Position numbers and translations under genes: made by a program
Shown: piece after piece, positions 48,554 to 58,417 of the stretch
Layout: each line of letters opens with the position of its first letter
How positions within the stretch are numbered: the stretch's first letter is position 1
The notes under the pieces: model-generated
What the model was told of the DNA's origin: nothing
What the model saw: the letters and a program-made list of their open reading frames with translations, nothing else
The model's database searches: none
Assembly: GCA_965247295.1 (NCBI GenBank)
Contig: CBDFGQ010000008.1
Coordinates: 64,080-128,079, forward strand
Reading direction: 5' to 3'
DNA from: Dehalococcoidia bacterium
Lineage (GTDB): Bacteria; Chloroflexota; Dehalococcoidia; Lucifugimonadales; JAGWBF01
DNA length: 64,000 bases

Positions 48554-51500
48554 ATGGCTGGAGGGACCCCAATCTACTACGTCGGATGCGATATCGGCGG
48601 CACCTTCACCGACCTCGTCCTGTATGACTCCAGCTCCGGAGAGATAGTCATCACGAAGGTGGTCACCGATCCCGGCGACCCCTCGGAGGGCGTGATCAAC
48701 GGGGCCCGCGCTCTCAAGAGCAGAGTCCATGACTACTTGAGCGCCACCCGCGAGTTTATCCATGCCACCACCCTCGTCGCTAACGCCGTCGTAGAGAGGA
48801 GGGGCAGCAAGACGGCCCTCCTGGCCACCAGGGGCTTTCGCGACGTGCTGGAGCTGCGCCGCCACGTTCGAATAAAGAACACCGAAATGTGGAACGACCC
48901 GCCTGAGCCCCTGGTGCCCCGGCACCTGCGCCTGCCGGTAACCGAAAGGGCCTACGCCGATGGCCGCATCCTGGCGCCGGTTGACGAGGACGAGGTACGG
49001 CGGAACGTCGAGTACTTTCTAGAACAGGGGATAGAGTCTGTCGCGGTCGCGTTTTTACACTCGTACGCCAACGGTACCAATGAGCAATGCGTCGGGCGTA
49101 TCATACGGGAGCTGGCACCCGATATGGCAGTCTCCCTCTCCTCACAGGTGCTGCCCGAGTACCAGGAATATGAACGTACCGCGACGACAGTGGTCAACGC
49201 CTACGTAAAGCCCATCACCCAGGGGTACCTTCGCCGCCTCGAGGGTCGCCTGGCCGACGAGGGTTTCCAGAGTAAGCTGTTCGTCACCCTCTCCAACGGT
49301 GGCCTGGCCTCTCTGGAGACGGCGAGCGAGTTCCCGGTGCGGGCCATCGAGTCCGGCCCTGTGGCGGGGGCCGTGGCGGCCCAGCTCTTCGCCAGGCTAT
49401 CTGGCCTGGATGAGGTCCTTTCCCTGGATATGGGTGGCACCACCGCAAAGACCTGCCTGATTAAGAGCGGAGCTCTGCCCCTTACCTCCGAGCTGGAAGT
49501 GGCCCGCTCGGAGCGACTGCAGAGGGGCAGCGGCTATCCGGTGGCCATCCCCTCCGTGGACCTCATCGAGATAGGAGCAGGTGGGGGGAGCCTTGCCCGC
49601 GTCAACGACCTGGGTCTGGTGCAGGTAGGGCCGGAGAGCGCCGGCGCCGACCCTGGGCCCATCTGTTACGGGTTCGGTGGAGAAGACACTACTGTGACCG
49701 ATGCCGATCTCGTCCTGGGATACCTCGATCCCGACTACTTCCTCGGCGGCGAGATGAAGCTGGACATCGATAGTGCCGCCCGGGGACTCCAGAAGCGGCT
49801 GGCGGAGCCCCTGGGCCGTGAGCTGCTGGACGTAGCCTGGACGGTGCACCAGGTGGTGAACGAGAACATGGCGGCTGCCGTGAAGATGCACGTGATAGAA
49901 AGGGGCGGCGACCCGGCTCGGTCCAGCCTGGTCGCCTTCGGTGGAGCCGGCCCTGTGCATGCCTACGACGTGGCTCACAAACTGGGTATCCAGAAGGTCC
50001 TGGTACCTCCCCTGGCGGGGGTGACCTCGGCGCTGGGTCTCCTGGCGGCGCCTCCCGCATTCGATATGTCGCGCACGTACAAGGTACCCTTTCAGCGCCT
50101 CGACTTTGCCGCGCTGCAGGCGGGCTTCCAGGAAATGGAAAGAGAGGTGGAGGGGCTTCTGAGGGGAGTGGACCCGGACGGGCCGGCCCAGTTCTCCCGT
50201 TCGGTGGACGTCTGCTATATCGGCCAGGGGTACCAGGTCCCTATTGAGCTTCCAGAGGGAGACCTCACCACCATGAACCGGGAGACGTTGTGGGACCGCT
50301 TTGCCAAGGAGTACGAGGCCAAGTACGGATATTTTTACGACGATATCCCGGCCCAGGTGGTCAACCTGAGGGTACGTGGGAGCATCGCGGGCCGCGAGCT
50401 GGTCCTTAAAACCCTACCCCGAAAAGCGAGTTCCAATGTATCGGAGGCCCTAAAGGGCGAGCGGCCCGTCTATTCTGTATCCAAAGGTGGGATGGTCCCC
50501 CACCTGGTTTACGACCGGTATCGCCTTGGCCCGGGTATGTCCATCCGGGGCCCGGCCATCATCGAGGAGAAGGAATCTACTACTGTGGTGGCGGAGGGAG
50601 GAAGTGTGGAGGTAGACGACTATGGCACCCTGGTCATATCGGTGGGACAGGCCGGGACTGGCGCTGCCAAGCCGGATTCTCTGAACCTTGACATGATCTG
50701 GCCCCGCCTTATCTCCATCGCCGACGAAATGGCCACCACTCAGATACGGACCGCCTTCTCCCACGATGTCATAGAGGTCCACGATATGTCCACGGGCATC
50801 TGCGATCCCCGGGGGTACCTCGTTGCCCAGACCAACCTTGGCGCCACTGGCCACACGGGGACCATGCCTCCGCTGGTGAAAAACATCCTGCAGAAGGTCC
50901 CCCGGGAGTGTATGCACCCAGGGGATGCTTACATCACCAACGATCCCTGGGTACAGTCGGGTCATACGGCCGACATCTTCGTGGTCACACCCGCCTTCCT
51001 CGGTCCCCGGCTTATCGGCTTCGCGGTAACCAGCATCCACCATCTGGACATCGGAGGAAGGGCCGGCTCGGGTCTTACCGAGGAGGTGTACGAGGAAGGG
51101 CTCATCTTGCCTATTTTGCCCCTTATGCGCGAAGGAAAGCCGAACGAGGAGCTCTTCAGCATCATACGGCGTAACGTGAGGTTCAGCGAGAGGGTGATTG
51201 GGGACCTGCGGTCCCAGGTGGCCACGGGCTACGTTGGGGCCCAGCGCCTGGCCCAGCTGCTGGAGGAGCAGGATCTCAGCTCGATCGAAGGAGTTGCCGA
51301 CGAAATCATCGCGCGGAGCGAAACTGTCATGCGTCAGGGCATCGGCGCCCTTAGAGACGGTACCTATCGCTCGCGTTTCGCCCTTGACATGGCTGACCAG
51401 TCGGGCAACCCCCTGCAGCTATGCCTGGCCCTGACGGTGCGCGGCGATGAGCTGTACGCTGATTTTACGGGCACCTCTCCCCAGGTCCGCCGCCCCATCA

Positions 51501-52348
51501 ACGACCCCTTGAATCACGTGCGCGCCTTCATGGTGGAAGCGATAAAGATGATCTGCGCTCCCCACGCTCCCAACAACGAAGGCTCCCACCGGCCCATTTT
51601 CACTTATGCCCCTGAGGGGTGCCTGCTAAACCCGACGTATCCGGCGCCGGTGTTCTGGCGCATAGTGGGTACGCTGTCCTCGGACCTGGCTCTGGCTGCA
51701 TTGAGCCAGGCTGCTCCAGAGCTGGTGCCGGCAGGAACGGGCTCCCTCCCAATCTTCCAGTTCTATATATCGGGACTGCGGCGGTCGGGGCAGCCCTTTT
51801 CGCTGCATCAGCACGCATTCGGTGGCATGGGCGGTCGTCCGGGCAGAGACGGGCTGGCTTCGGTCAGCTTCCCCTATAGCGTGCGGGAGGTTTCCACCGA
51901 GGGCTCCGAGATGGAAACGCCCCTGCTCTACGAGAAACGGGAAATCCCCTGTGACTCGGGGGGCGCGGGCCAGTGGCGAGGCGGATCTGGCGAGGAGCTG
52001 GTCATACGGGCCCTTCCAGATGGGGACGTGGGCCCCGAGAAGCTAATCGTCTTCTCGGGCGCCGGTGGACGCTTTACGGAGCCTCCCCACGGTATAAGTG
52101 GGGGCCGCCCTGGTGCCAGAGCGGAGATTCTGGTGGATGGGGTGCCCCAGGACCCGGCTACCCTGGGTAACTCGCCCGAGGTGCACCTGCGCAGCGACCA
52201 GGTCCTGACCATAAGGCTGGCGGGTGGTGGCGGCTATGGCGACCCTAGGAAGAGGAATCCCAGGCTCATCCAGGCCGATCTGGACAACGGCTACATCTCC
52301 AAAGAGACGGCCATCCGCGACTACGGGTACGACCCCGATTCCATCTAA
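48554..52348 (+). CDS. fused hydantoinase/oxoprolinase family enzyme (HyuA-like plus HyuB-like halves; 5-oxoprolinase/acetone-carboxylase-type)
   Basis: 1264 aa. The N-terminus YYVGCDIGGTFTDLVLYD matches hydantoinase A. The second half, from ~aa 700 (LDMIWPRLISIADEMATTQIRTAFSHDVIEVHDMSTGICD), matches hydantoinase B. Confidence 0.85.
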   Translation: MAGGTPIYYVGCDIGGTFTDLVLYDSSSGEIVITKVVTDPGDPSEGVINGARALKSRVHDYLSATREFIHATTLVANAVVERRGSKTALLATRGFRDVLELRRHVRIKNTEMWNDPPEPLVPRHLRLPVTERAYADGRILAPVDEDEVRRNVEYFLEQGIESVAVAFLHSYANGTNEQCVGRIIRELAPDMAVSLSSQVLPEYQEYERTATTVVNAYVKPITQGYLRRLEGRLADEGFQSKLFVTLSNGGLASLETASEFPVRAIESGPVAGAVAAQLFARLSGLDEVLSLDMGGTTAKTCLIKSGALPLTSELEVARSERLQRGSGYPVAIPSVDLIEIGAGGGSLARVNDLGLVQVGPESAGADPGPICYGFGGEDTTVTDADLVLGYLDPDYFLGGEMKLDIDSAARGLQKRLAEPLGRELLDVAWTVHQVVNENMAAAVKMHVIERGGDPARSSLVAFGGAGPVHAYDVAHKLGIQKVLVPPLAGVTSALGLLAAPPAFDMSRTYKVPFQRLDFAALQAGFQEMEREVEGLLRGVDPDGPAQFSRSVDVCYIGQGYQVPIELPEGDLTTMNRETLWDRFAKEYEAKYGYFYDDIPAQVVNLRVRGSIAGRELVLKTLPRKASSNVSEALKGERPVYSVSKGGMVPHLVYDRYRLGPGMSIRGPAIIEEKESTTVVAEGGSVEVDDYGTLVISVGQAGTGAAKPDSLNLDMIWPRLISIADEMATTQIRTAFSHDVIEVHDMSTGICDPRGYLVAQTNLGATGHTGTMPPLVKNILQKVPRECMHPGDAYITNDPWVQSGHTADIFVVTPAFLGPRLIGFAVTSIHHLDIGGRAGSGLTEEVYEEGLILPILPLMREGKPNEELFSIIRRNVRFSERVIGDLRSQVATGYVGAQRLAQLLEEQDLSSIEGVADEIIARSETVMRQGIGALRDGTYRSRFALDMADQSGNPLQLCLALTVRGDELYADFTGTSPQVRRPINDPLNHVRAFMVEAIKMICAPHAPNNEGSHRPIFTYAPEGCLLNPTYPAPVFWRIVGTLSSDLALAALSQAAPELVPAGTGSLPIFQFYISGLRRSGQPFSLHQHAFGGMGGRPGRDGLASVSFPYSVREVSTEGSEMETPLLYEKREIPCDSGGAGQWRGGSGEELVIRALPDGDVGPEKLIVFSGAGGRFTEPPHGISGGRPGARAEILVDGVPQDPATLGNSPEVHLRSDQVLTIRLAGGGGYGDPRKRNPRLIQADLDNGYISKETAIRDYGYDPDSI

Positions 52349-52473
52349 TCCTCTAGAAGCTGGCGGCTCCCGGAACACGTATATTGACACCTCTTGCCCC
52401 ATGAGTTACCGTATGCGTGCGTACCTGGCCGAGCGCCCCCGGTACTGCAGATGGAGGCGTTCAGGAGGATAGC

Positions 52474-53769
52474 GTGTCTGTTGTCGTTCCTCACTCTCCG
52501 GACATTGACCCCGTACTCGGTTATGCCCCCGGCACGATCATACGGGACGACGTGACCGAGTACCGAAGTGTGCGCGCGGCACAGCGGGTAATGGCGCACC
52601 GGTACCGCACCCATGGGATCGATGGGGTCCACAACCTGATGGGCCTGGTGGACGACTGCACCGTCCCATCCTTCTTCCAAGGCCCCGCCTACCAGGAGCG
52701 TTACCTGGGCACCGCCCTGATGGAGGAGGAGGTAACGGAACTGGCCCGACGCCACCTGGGTGGGGAAGAGGACTTCACGTCCCTTGTCTTCAACCGGGTG
52801 ACGGCAGGGACGCTGACCGTGACCCAGGCCCTGGTGACGCAAGGCTCCCTGGTGCCCTATGTGGTGCCACCCTACCCGGGGATCGGGGGGCATGGCCATC
52901 CCTCTGTGCCCCGGACGGTGGAGCTGGCCCAGGCACGTTGGCAGGAGGTCACCACCGCTCAGGAGCTCGATGCCCTCCTCGATGGGGAGCAGCACGTGCC
53001 TCTGGTGGTGGTCTGCTCGGCCTACCGTGGGGCGTTGAAGGAGGAGGAGCTGCGGCTGGTCTGCGAGGTGGCCCACGCCCACGGCGTGCCCGTCTACGTG
53101 GACGACGCCTCTGGGGCCCGCACCCGCACCGCCGTCTATGGGCAGCGGCCGGCAGGGGAACTTGGGGCCGACCTGATCATTACTAGCTGCGAGAAGGCGG
53201 CCTTCTTTGGGCCGCGGGCGGGTATCCTCCTGGGACGGCCTGACCTCATGGAACGGATCGGCGCGAAGGCGAACATACTTGGCACTGAGGCAAGGCCTTC
53301 GGTCGTGGCGTCCGTCCTCCAGACCCTCCGGGAGTATACGCCCGACGAGGGCCGACGACTCTTCGACGGATGGCTGGAGCGAAACCGCCGCCTGTGGGAA
53401 TTGGCCAAGCCCTTCCTGGGGGAGAACCTTCAGTACGGGGCCTACGACGGTATCTACCTTTCCTTGAGAGACTTTTACGATCTGGTGCTGGAGCGGGCGG
53501 GGATGGCGGAGACAGACCTGGCCCCGGTTGACCTAAGCGTGGCCCATGCCATGCTCATGCTCCGGGGCTATGGGTTCCTAACTGTGGCCGCCCTCCACTA
53601 TCCCGGCGCGTCCAAGCTTGCAAGTGTCAAAGTCAACTCTCTGCGTCCTGGGGACGGTATCAGCGACGAGGAGATCATCGATGGGGTCAGGGGGTCCATG
53701 GACGCCCTGGTCCGCGTGCTGCCCGACAGGTCTGGACTGGAGCGGGTGCTCTTCGGTCCTCCGGGGTAG
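52474..53769 (+). CDS. SelA-like fold-type-I PLP-dependent enzyme (function unknown)
   Basis: I prefer the GTG at 52474 (AGGAGG 5 nt upstream). ADLIITSCEKAAFFGPRAGILLGRPDLMERI aligns with the SelA lysine region ([23 protein letters not shown]) as I recall it. No SelA N-terminal domain is evident. Confidence 0.6.
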   Translation: MSVVVPHSPDIDPVLGYAPGTIIRDDVTEYRSVRAAQRVMAHRYRTHGIDGVHNLMGLVDDCTVPSFFQGPAYQERYLGTALMEEEVTELARRHLGGEEDFTSLVFNRVTAGTLTVTQALVTQGSLVPYVVPPYPGIGGHGHPSVPRTVELAQARWQEVTTAQELDALLDGEQHVPLVVVCSAYRGALKEEELRLVCEVAHAHGVPVYVDDASGARTRTAVYGQRPAGELGADLIITSCEKAAFFGPRAGILLGRPDLMERIGAKANILGTEARPSVVASVLQTLREYTPDEGRRLFDGWLERNRRLWELAKPFLGENLQYGAYDGIYLSLRDFYDLVLERAGMAETDLAPVDLSVAHAMLMLRGYGFLTVAALHYPGASKLASVKVNSLRPGDGISDEEIIDGVRGSMDALVRVLPDRSGLERVLFGPPG

Positions 53770-53828
53770 GGACTTGGGCTCCTCGTAAGGCCGGCTTCCA
53801 TCGCTGGAGGAAGACCAGGAGGTGAAGA

Positions 53829-54869
53829 ATGCGCTTCGGGACCTACGTTTTCCGGATTAGTCCCGAGCTCAAGGCCGACCATCAGATCATCGAAAACACC
53901 CTCCGGGAAGTCGAGCTGGCCGAAGAGATTGGTCTGGATGCGGTGTGGCTGACGGAGCATCATTTCGATGGGGCCGTTGCTTACGCCGACCCTGTCGTGT
54001 TCGCCGCAGCCGTCGCCGCCAAAACCAAAAAGGTTCGCATCGGATTTGCGGTGGTGGAGATGGCGCTGCATCATCCCGTGCGACTGGCGGCCCAGACCGC
54101 ACTGCTGGACAACCTCAGCCATGGACGACTTATCATGGGTACGGGACGGGGGTCCGCCTATAACGAGTACGAATACCTTGGCTTCGGCCTGCCCATGGAG
54201 GACAGTCGCGACATGCTGCCCGAGGCCGAGGAACTGCTGATCAAGGCCTGGACCTGTGAGAATGTGCGACATGAAGGACGGTTCTGGAAGGTGTCGTTTC
54301 CAGCAGTCCGCCCTCAGCCATACCAAAAACCCCACCCGCCCCTGGTGAGGGCCTGTATTTCGGAAGGGTCGGTAGCTGAAATGGCGAAGATCGGGCGGCC
54401 GATCCTCATGGGCATCCAGACAATCGATACGTGGCGTCAAAGACTCCAGCTATACGGTGGCACGATGCTGGGGGCAGGTTTTGAAGAGCCCGCGGCAGAG
54501 AACGCTCTTGACGAGAACTGGGTGCAGCGGGGCCTGTTCATGGCGGATAGCTACGAAGCTGCCGCAGAAGTGGCCGCGCCTTGCCTTGAGCGATACCACC
54601 ACCATCTGGTTGATGCCCGAAGGAAATACAACCCGGGAGGCGAGCCAGCACAGCCGCCGAGCCAGCCTCTCAACCCCAACCAGGTCCTGGATACGGCGTT
54701 TTTGCTGGGCCCACCTAAGAGGGTGGTGGAGCAAATAGCCGAGATGAGAGAGGCCGGGGTCCGCAATATTATGCTCAACGTCAATATGGGGAACATACCC
54801 CAGGAGCAGGTAGAGCGGTCCATGCGGCTATTTGGGGAACAGGTACTGCCCAAGGTCCGCAGCCTGTAA
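53829..54869 (+). CDS. luciferase-like (LLM class) flavin-dependent oxidoreductase
   Basis: MRFGTYVF...EEIGLDAVWLTEHHF...GRLIMGTGRGS is a typical LLM N-terminal half. 346 aa. Confidence 0.85.
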   Translation: MRFGTYVFRISPELKADHQIIENTLREVELAEEIGLDAVWLTEHHFDGAVAYADPVVFAAAVAAKTKKVRIGFAVVEMALHHPVRLAAQTALLDNLSHGRLIMGTGRGSAYNEYEYLGFGLPMEDSRDMLPEAEELLIKAWTCENVRHEGRFWKVSFPAVRPQPYQKPHPPLVRACISEGSVAEMAKIGRPILMGIQTIDTWRQRLQLYGGTMLGAGFEEPAAENALDENWVQRGLFMADSYEAAAEVAAPCLERYHHHLVDARRKYNPGGEPAQPPSQPLNPNQVLDTAFLLGPPKRVVEQIAEMREAGVRNIMLNVNMGNIPQEQVERSMRLFGEQVLPKVRSL

Positions 54870-54974
54870 TCCCTAGGGGCGGGCGTGCCCTCGGACCCCG
54901 GTCTGTCAGTATGTTACTGTACCTCGACAGGACCAGCCCACGCCGCTGCATGCCGGCAAGGGCCGTGGGTGGCC

Positions 54975-55003
54975 TTGACACCACTTTGGGGCTTATCTAG
55001 ACT
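54975..55003 (+). promoter_or_regulatory. candidate promoter (TTGACA-17-TAGACT) upstream of the cyclase gene
   Basis: ttgacaccactttggggcttatctagact. Confidence 0.35.
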
Positions 55004-55117
55004 ACGTAGTGGTCTACGCCGACATGGGTCGGAGTGGAGGTCCCGTCGGGATCTGGGTCGTGTGCTGGAGTCGAACGCCATCAGCATGGGTGCCGGAGAG
55101 GATAGCTAGGAGGGGCC

Positions 55118-56068
55118 ATGGAAGGCAGGATTCCCACTGAAGAACAGGTCCTAGGCTACTTTAAGTCCCTCTCCAACTGGGGCCGCTGGGGCGACGATGA
55201 CCAGCTTGGTACCCTTAACCTCATCACACCCGAGAACACAAGGAAAGCCGTGGAACTTGTAAAGGAAGGGGTCACCATTAGCTGCTCCCGCACCATCCGC
55301 TACGAGGCGGCGCCGGATGTAAGTGTTGTTCCGCTGCACTACATGGTGGAGAGCGGAGAGGGCTGGGCCAGCGGCGACAAGGTTACGAGCAGGTCCACGG
55401 CGGCTTCTAGCGACTTCATCGGCCTCGTGTTTCATGGGCATACCATCACCCACATGGACAGCCTGGCCCACTTCTTCTGGGAAGGCAAGATGTACAATGG
55501 CCACCCCGCCCACCTGGTATCAACCAGCCTTGGTGCGACGGCGGAGTCCATTGAGCTGGTCAAGGATAGCATCGTTACCCGGGGCGTCCTGGTAGACGTT
55601 CCCATGATTCGAGGCTTGGACTGGGTGGAACGTGGAGAAGGGGTGATGCCCGAGGATATCGAGGCGGCGGAAGACAGGTGCGGCTTTAGTGTGGGAGATG
55701 GTGACGTGATGCTTGTGCGTACTGGGCAGCTCCGGCGTCGCGATGTGGAAGGACCTGTGAACCCTGCGGTGTCTGGCTCGTCGGCCTGTCAGGCTGCCTG
55801 CCTACCCCTGTTCTACCAGCGGGGCATCGCGGTTATCGGCTCGGATACCGGGAATGATGTGATGCCCAGCTCCTATTCCAAGCTTTCCCATCCCATCCAC
55901 CAGGTGGGCATCGTGGCCATGGGGCTGTGGATCCTGGACAACGCCAACCTGGAGGAGCTGGCCCAGGCCTGCCGGGAGAGAGGGCGGTGGGAGTTTCTCC
56001 TCTCGATAAGCCCCCTCAGGTTACACAACGCCACCGGCTCGCCCGTGAACCCCGTGGCAGTGTTCTAG
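55118..56068 (+). CDS. putative cyclase / arylformamidase (kynurenine formamidase-like) family protein
   Basis: FHGHTITHMDSLAHFF matches the HxGTHxDxPxH-type metal motif of the cyclase family. 316 aa. Confidence 0.8.
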   Translation: MEGRIPTEEQVLGYFKSLSNWGRWGDDDQLGTLNLITPENTRKAVELVKEGVTISCSRTIRYEAAPDVSVVPLHYMVESGEGWASGDKVTSRSTAASSDFIGLVFHGHTITHMDSLAHFFWEGKMYNGHPAHLVSTSLGATAESIELVKDSIVTRGVLVDVPMIRGLDWVERGEGVMPEDIEAAEDRCGFSVGDGDVMLVRTGQLRRRDVEGPVNPAVSGSSACQAACLPLFYQRGIAVIGSDTGNDVMPSSYSKLSHPIHQVGIVAMGLWILDNANLEELAQACRERGRWEFLLSISPLRLHNATGSPVNPVAVF

Positions 56069-56161
56069 GGCCACCGCCTAGAGCACGGCCGTCTACGGCA
56101 ACGTTCCACGTTAGAGGCCACTGCACAATAAAGTCGCTGAGCTCCATCGGGAGGATGGGCC

Positions 56162-56746
56162 ATGGCCAAATGCCCGAAATGTCAATCGGAAAACGGCGTA
56201 GGCGCCTCCCTATGTGCCCAGTGCGGTCAGCCACTCAGGGGCGGATGGTGGCGGTGGATCCTGAGGCTATTTGGGATAGGGATGGGTAGGCGGGTTCCGT
56301 CACCGGAGGTCGAGTCTGAATCTGACGCACACCTGAGGGAGGCCGTGGCTGAATACGACGAGGCCATCCGGCTCAACCCCCAGGATGCTGCGGTGTACAA
56401 GAACCGTGCCGCCGCCTACGAGGCGATGGCCCAGTATCAGCGGGCCCTGGAGGACCTGGACGAGGCCATTCGTCTGGACCCCCAGTTCGCGGGGGCGTAC
56501 AACAGCCGGGCCTCGGTGTACTACAACTTGGGGCAGTACCAGAGGTCAATAGAGGACGTGGGCGAGGCCATCCGCCTCGACTCCAATCTCGCGGGCGCCT
56601 ATGCCGGCCGTGCCCTGGCCTACACGCACCTGGGCAGCGACGAAGAGGCCCGGAAGGATGTTGAGCGGGCGGTCGAATTGGGCTTTGAACGTGGTAAGCT
56701 TGAAGCCGAGATCGAGGAACTGGCCAAGCGGCGCTGGATGGGTTGA
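56162..56746 (+). CDS. zinc-ribbon plus TPR-repeat protein
   Basis: N-terminal CPKCQSENGVGASLCAQCG, then three to four 34-aa TPR units (AVYKNRAAAYEAMAQYQRALEDLDEAIRLDP...). Confidence 0.8.
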   Translation: MAKCPKCQSENGVGASLCAQCGQPLRGGWWRWILRLFGIGMGRRVPSPEVESESDAHLREAVAEYDEAIRLNPQDAAVYKNRAAAYEAMAQYQRALEDLDEAIRLDPQFAGAYNSRASVYYNLGQYQRSIEDVGEAIRLDSNLAGAYAGRALAYTHLGSDEEARKDVERAVELGFERGKLEAEIEELAKRRWMG

Positions 56747-56749
56747 CGG

Positions 56750-56948
56750 GCGGCAGGGTATCTGGATCATTGGCTTCGCGACCTATGCCACACGCATGCG
56801 TCTCTCATGCTGAGGCAGGGTGTCCACCCCAAGATCGTCCAGGAACGCTTGGGACATGCGACGATCTCCACAATATTGGATACCTACAGGCACGTTCTGC
56901 TGGGCCTTGAGGAGGCCATGGCACTGCGGTTCGAGGAAGGGCTTCTAG
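56750..56948 (+). pseudogene. tyrosine-recombinase (integrase) 3' remnant, 5'-truncated and disrupted near its 3' end by the IS5-like element
   Basis: The frame directly following the TPR gene stop reads ...LRDLCHTHASLMLRQGVHPKIVQERLGHATISTILDTYRHVLLGLEEAMALRFEEGLL. This includes the catalytic-region R..H..Y blocks. It continues after the IS as EFPRPVALPKPV* (58321-58358). Confidence 0.75.
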
Positions 56949-58316
56949 CAGGCTGCTGAAGAAAGGGTTCTATGGTCGCGAAACGACCTGGTAATAGCTC
57001 ATATCGTTGCTCGATGAGTGCTTTGGGAAGGTCTGAAGCCACTTTCCTGGGTTGCAGGAGTTCCCTTTTCGCCCCTGTCAGGGCGTTGAGGGCAGACTCC
57101 GTCCTTGGGAAGTCATGCTGCCTGCAGGACCGGAGCCTCCTGTAGCTGGGTCATGAGCAGCTTGGCCATCCGCACCAGGTTATACGCAGTGGCCACCAGG
57201 TAGCCTGCTAGTCCCGTCTTGTCCACCCCTCGATACCTGGTCTTCCGAAACCCACCGACCGTCTTCATCCACCCGAAGATCTCCTCCACCCGCTTTCGTA
57301 TTCGCTGGCTCACCCGGTAGCCCGGATGCCGGGTTGTCCGCCCGTCGATGGCGCTGCGCCGGCCACTGGTGTTCTGGGCCACGTGAGCCGTGACCCTTCG
57401 GTTGCGCATCGCTTCCACACAATCCCGCGTGTCGTAGTTCTTGTCCCCACCCAGGGTCCTGGGGTGGAAGCCCCGCTCCTTCGCCCCCTCCAGGAGCTTC
57501 GGGACCGCATCTCGCTCCGCCGTCCCGCTCGCCTCGCTCACCTGGAAGTCCGTCAGCAGCCCGTTCCGGTTCTCCATCAGGGCGTGGGCCATGAACACCA
57601 GCTTGGCTTCCTTCCCTTTGCCTTTCCGAAACAATCGGGCTTCCGGGTCCGTGGTGCTTTGGTGGGTCTTATTGCGCCGTTTCTCCCCGTGAAAGTCCAC
57701 CGACGGGTTGCCGGGGTCCCCGTCGTCCGAGGCCGGCTCTCCCCCTTTGGACTTGAAACTTTTCAGACTGGCCGCCGCCTCAATCAGCGTCCCATCCACG
57801 GTGAAGTGCTCGTCCGAGAGCAAGCCGTGCCGGTCGGCCCCCACCAGGACCGTGGCAAACAGCTGTTGCCCCACTGCGTGCTCCAGCAGCCGCTGCCGGT
57901 TCTTGGTGAACACCGTCGGGTCAAAGCTGGACTCCAGGAGGTTCATATCCAGGAACCAACGATACAGCATGTTGTAGTCCAACTCCTCGCAGAACGCCCG
58001 CTCGCTGCGCACGGAAAACAGGGCGATGAGCAGCGAGGCCTTGAGTAGGCGCTCCGGTGGGATGGAGGGCCGCCCTACCTCGGCATACATCCGGTCAAAC
58101 TCGGAGGACAGCTCCCGGAGGGCCTCATCCGCCAGCGCCTTGATAGTCCGCAAGGGATGGTCCGGCGGCACCCGCCCGTCCATATCCACGAAGGTCAACA
58201 TGGGGACCTGGGGCTCCTGGCATCCGCGCATTGGGGCACCTCCAAAGATGGTCTGCCCCTATTTTATCCCAGAAGAGCCTCGGATACACCGTGAACAAGA
58301 GTTTTTCCGCAGCCTG
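56949..58316 (-). mobile_element. IS5-family insertion sequence (1368 bp)
   Basis: Imperfect ~15-bp terminal inverted repeats CAGGCTGCTGAAGAA / TTTTCCGCAGCCTG. CTAG/CTAG 4-bp duplication at 56945-48 and 58317-20, fitting the YTAR targets of IS5-group elements. A single DDE transposase ORF. Confidence 0.85.
57113..58231 (-). CDS. IS5-family DDE transposase
   Basis: 372 aa. The N-terminal region FVDMDGRVPPDHPLRTIKALADEAL...RPSIPPERLLKASLLIALFSVRSERAFCEELDYNMLYRWFL is typical of IS5/IS1182-type transposases. FTVDGTLIEAAAS also matches. Confidence 0.85.
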   Translation of the reverse strand: MRGCQEPQVPMLTFVDMDGRVPPDHPLRTIKALADEALRELSSEFDRMYAEVGRPSIPPERLLKASLLIALFSVRSERAFCEELDYNMLYRWFLDMNLLESSFDPTVFTKNRQRLLEHAVGQQLFATVLVGADRHGLLSDEHFTVDGTLIEAAASLKSFKSKGGEPASDDGDPGNPSVDFHGEKRRNKTHQSTTDPEARLFRKGKGKEAKLVFMAHALMENRNGLLTDFQVSEASGTAERDAVPKLLEGAKERGFHPRTLGGDKNYDTRDCVEAMRNRRVTAHVAQNTSGRRSAIDGRTTRHPGYRVSQRIRKRVEEIFGWMKTVGGFRKTRYRGVDKTGLAGYLVATAYNLVRMAKLLMTQLQEAPVLQAA

Positions 58317-58366
58317 CTAGAGTTCCCCCGGCCGGTGGCTCTTCCCAAACCCGTGTGAGCAAATTG

Positions 58367-58404
58367 AATAGGCCCCTGGACATTAGCGCGTCCAGGGGCC
58401 TATT
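58367..58404. terminator. bidirectional hairpin terminator between the integrase remnant and tRNA-Thr
   Basis: Stem AATAGGCCCCTGGAC / GTCCAGGGGCCTATT, 8-nt loop, T tract on the plus strand (TTTTGTAT). Confidence 0.6.
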
Positions 58405-58417
58405 TTGTATCTAATTA

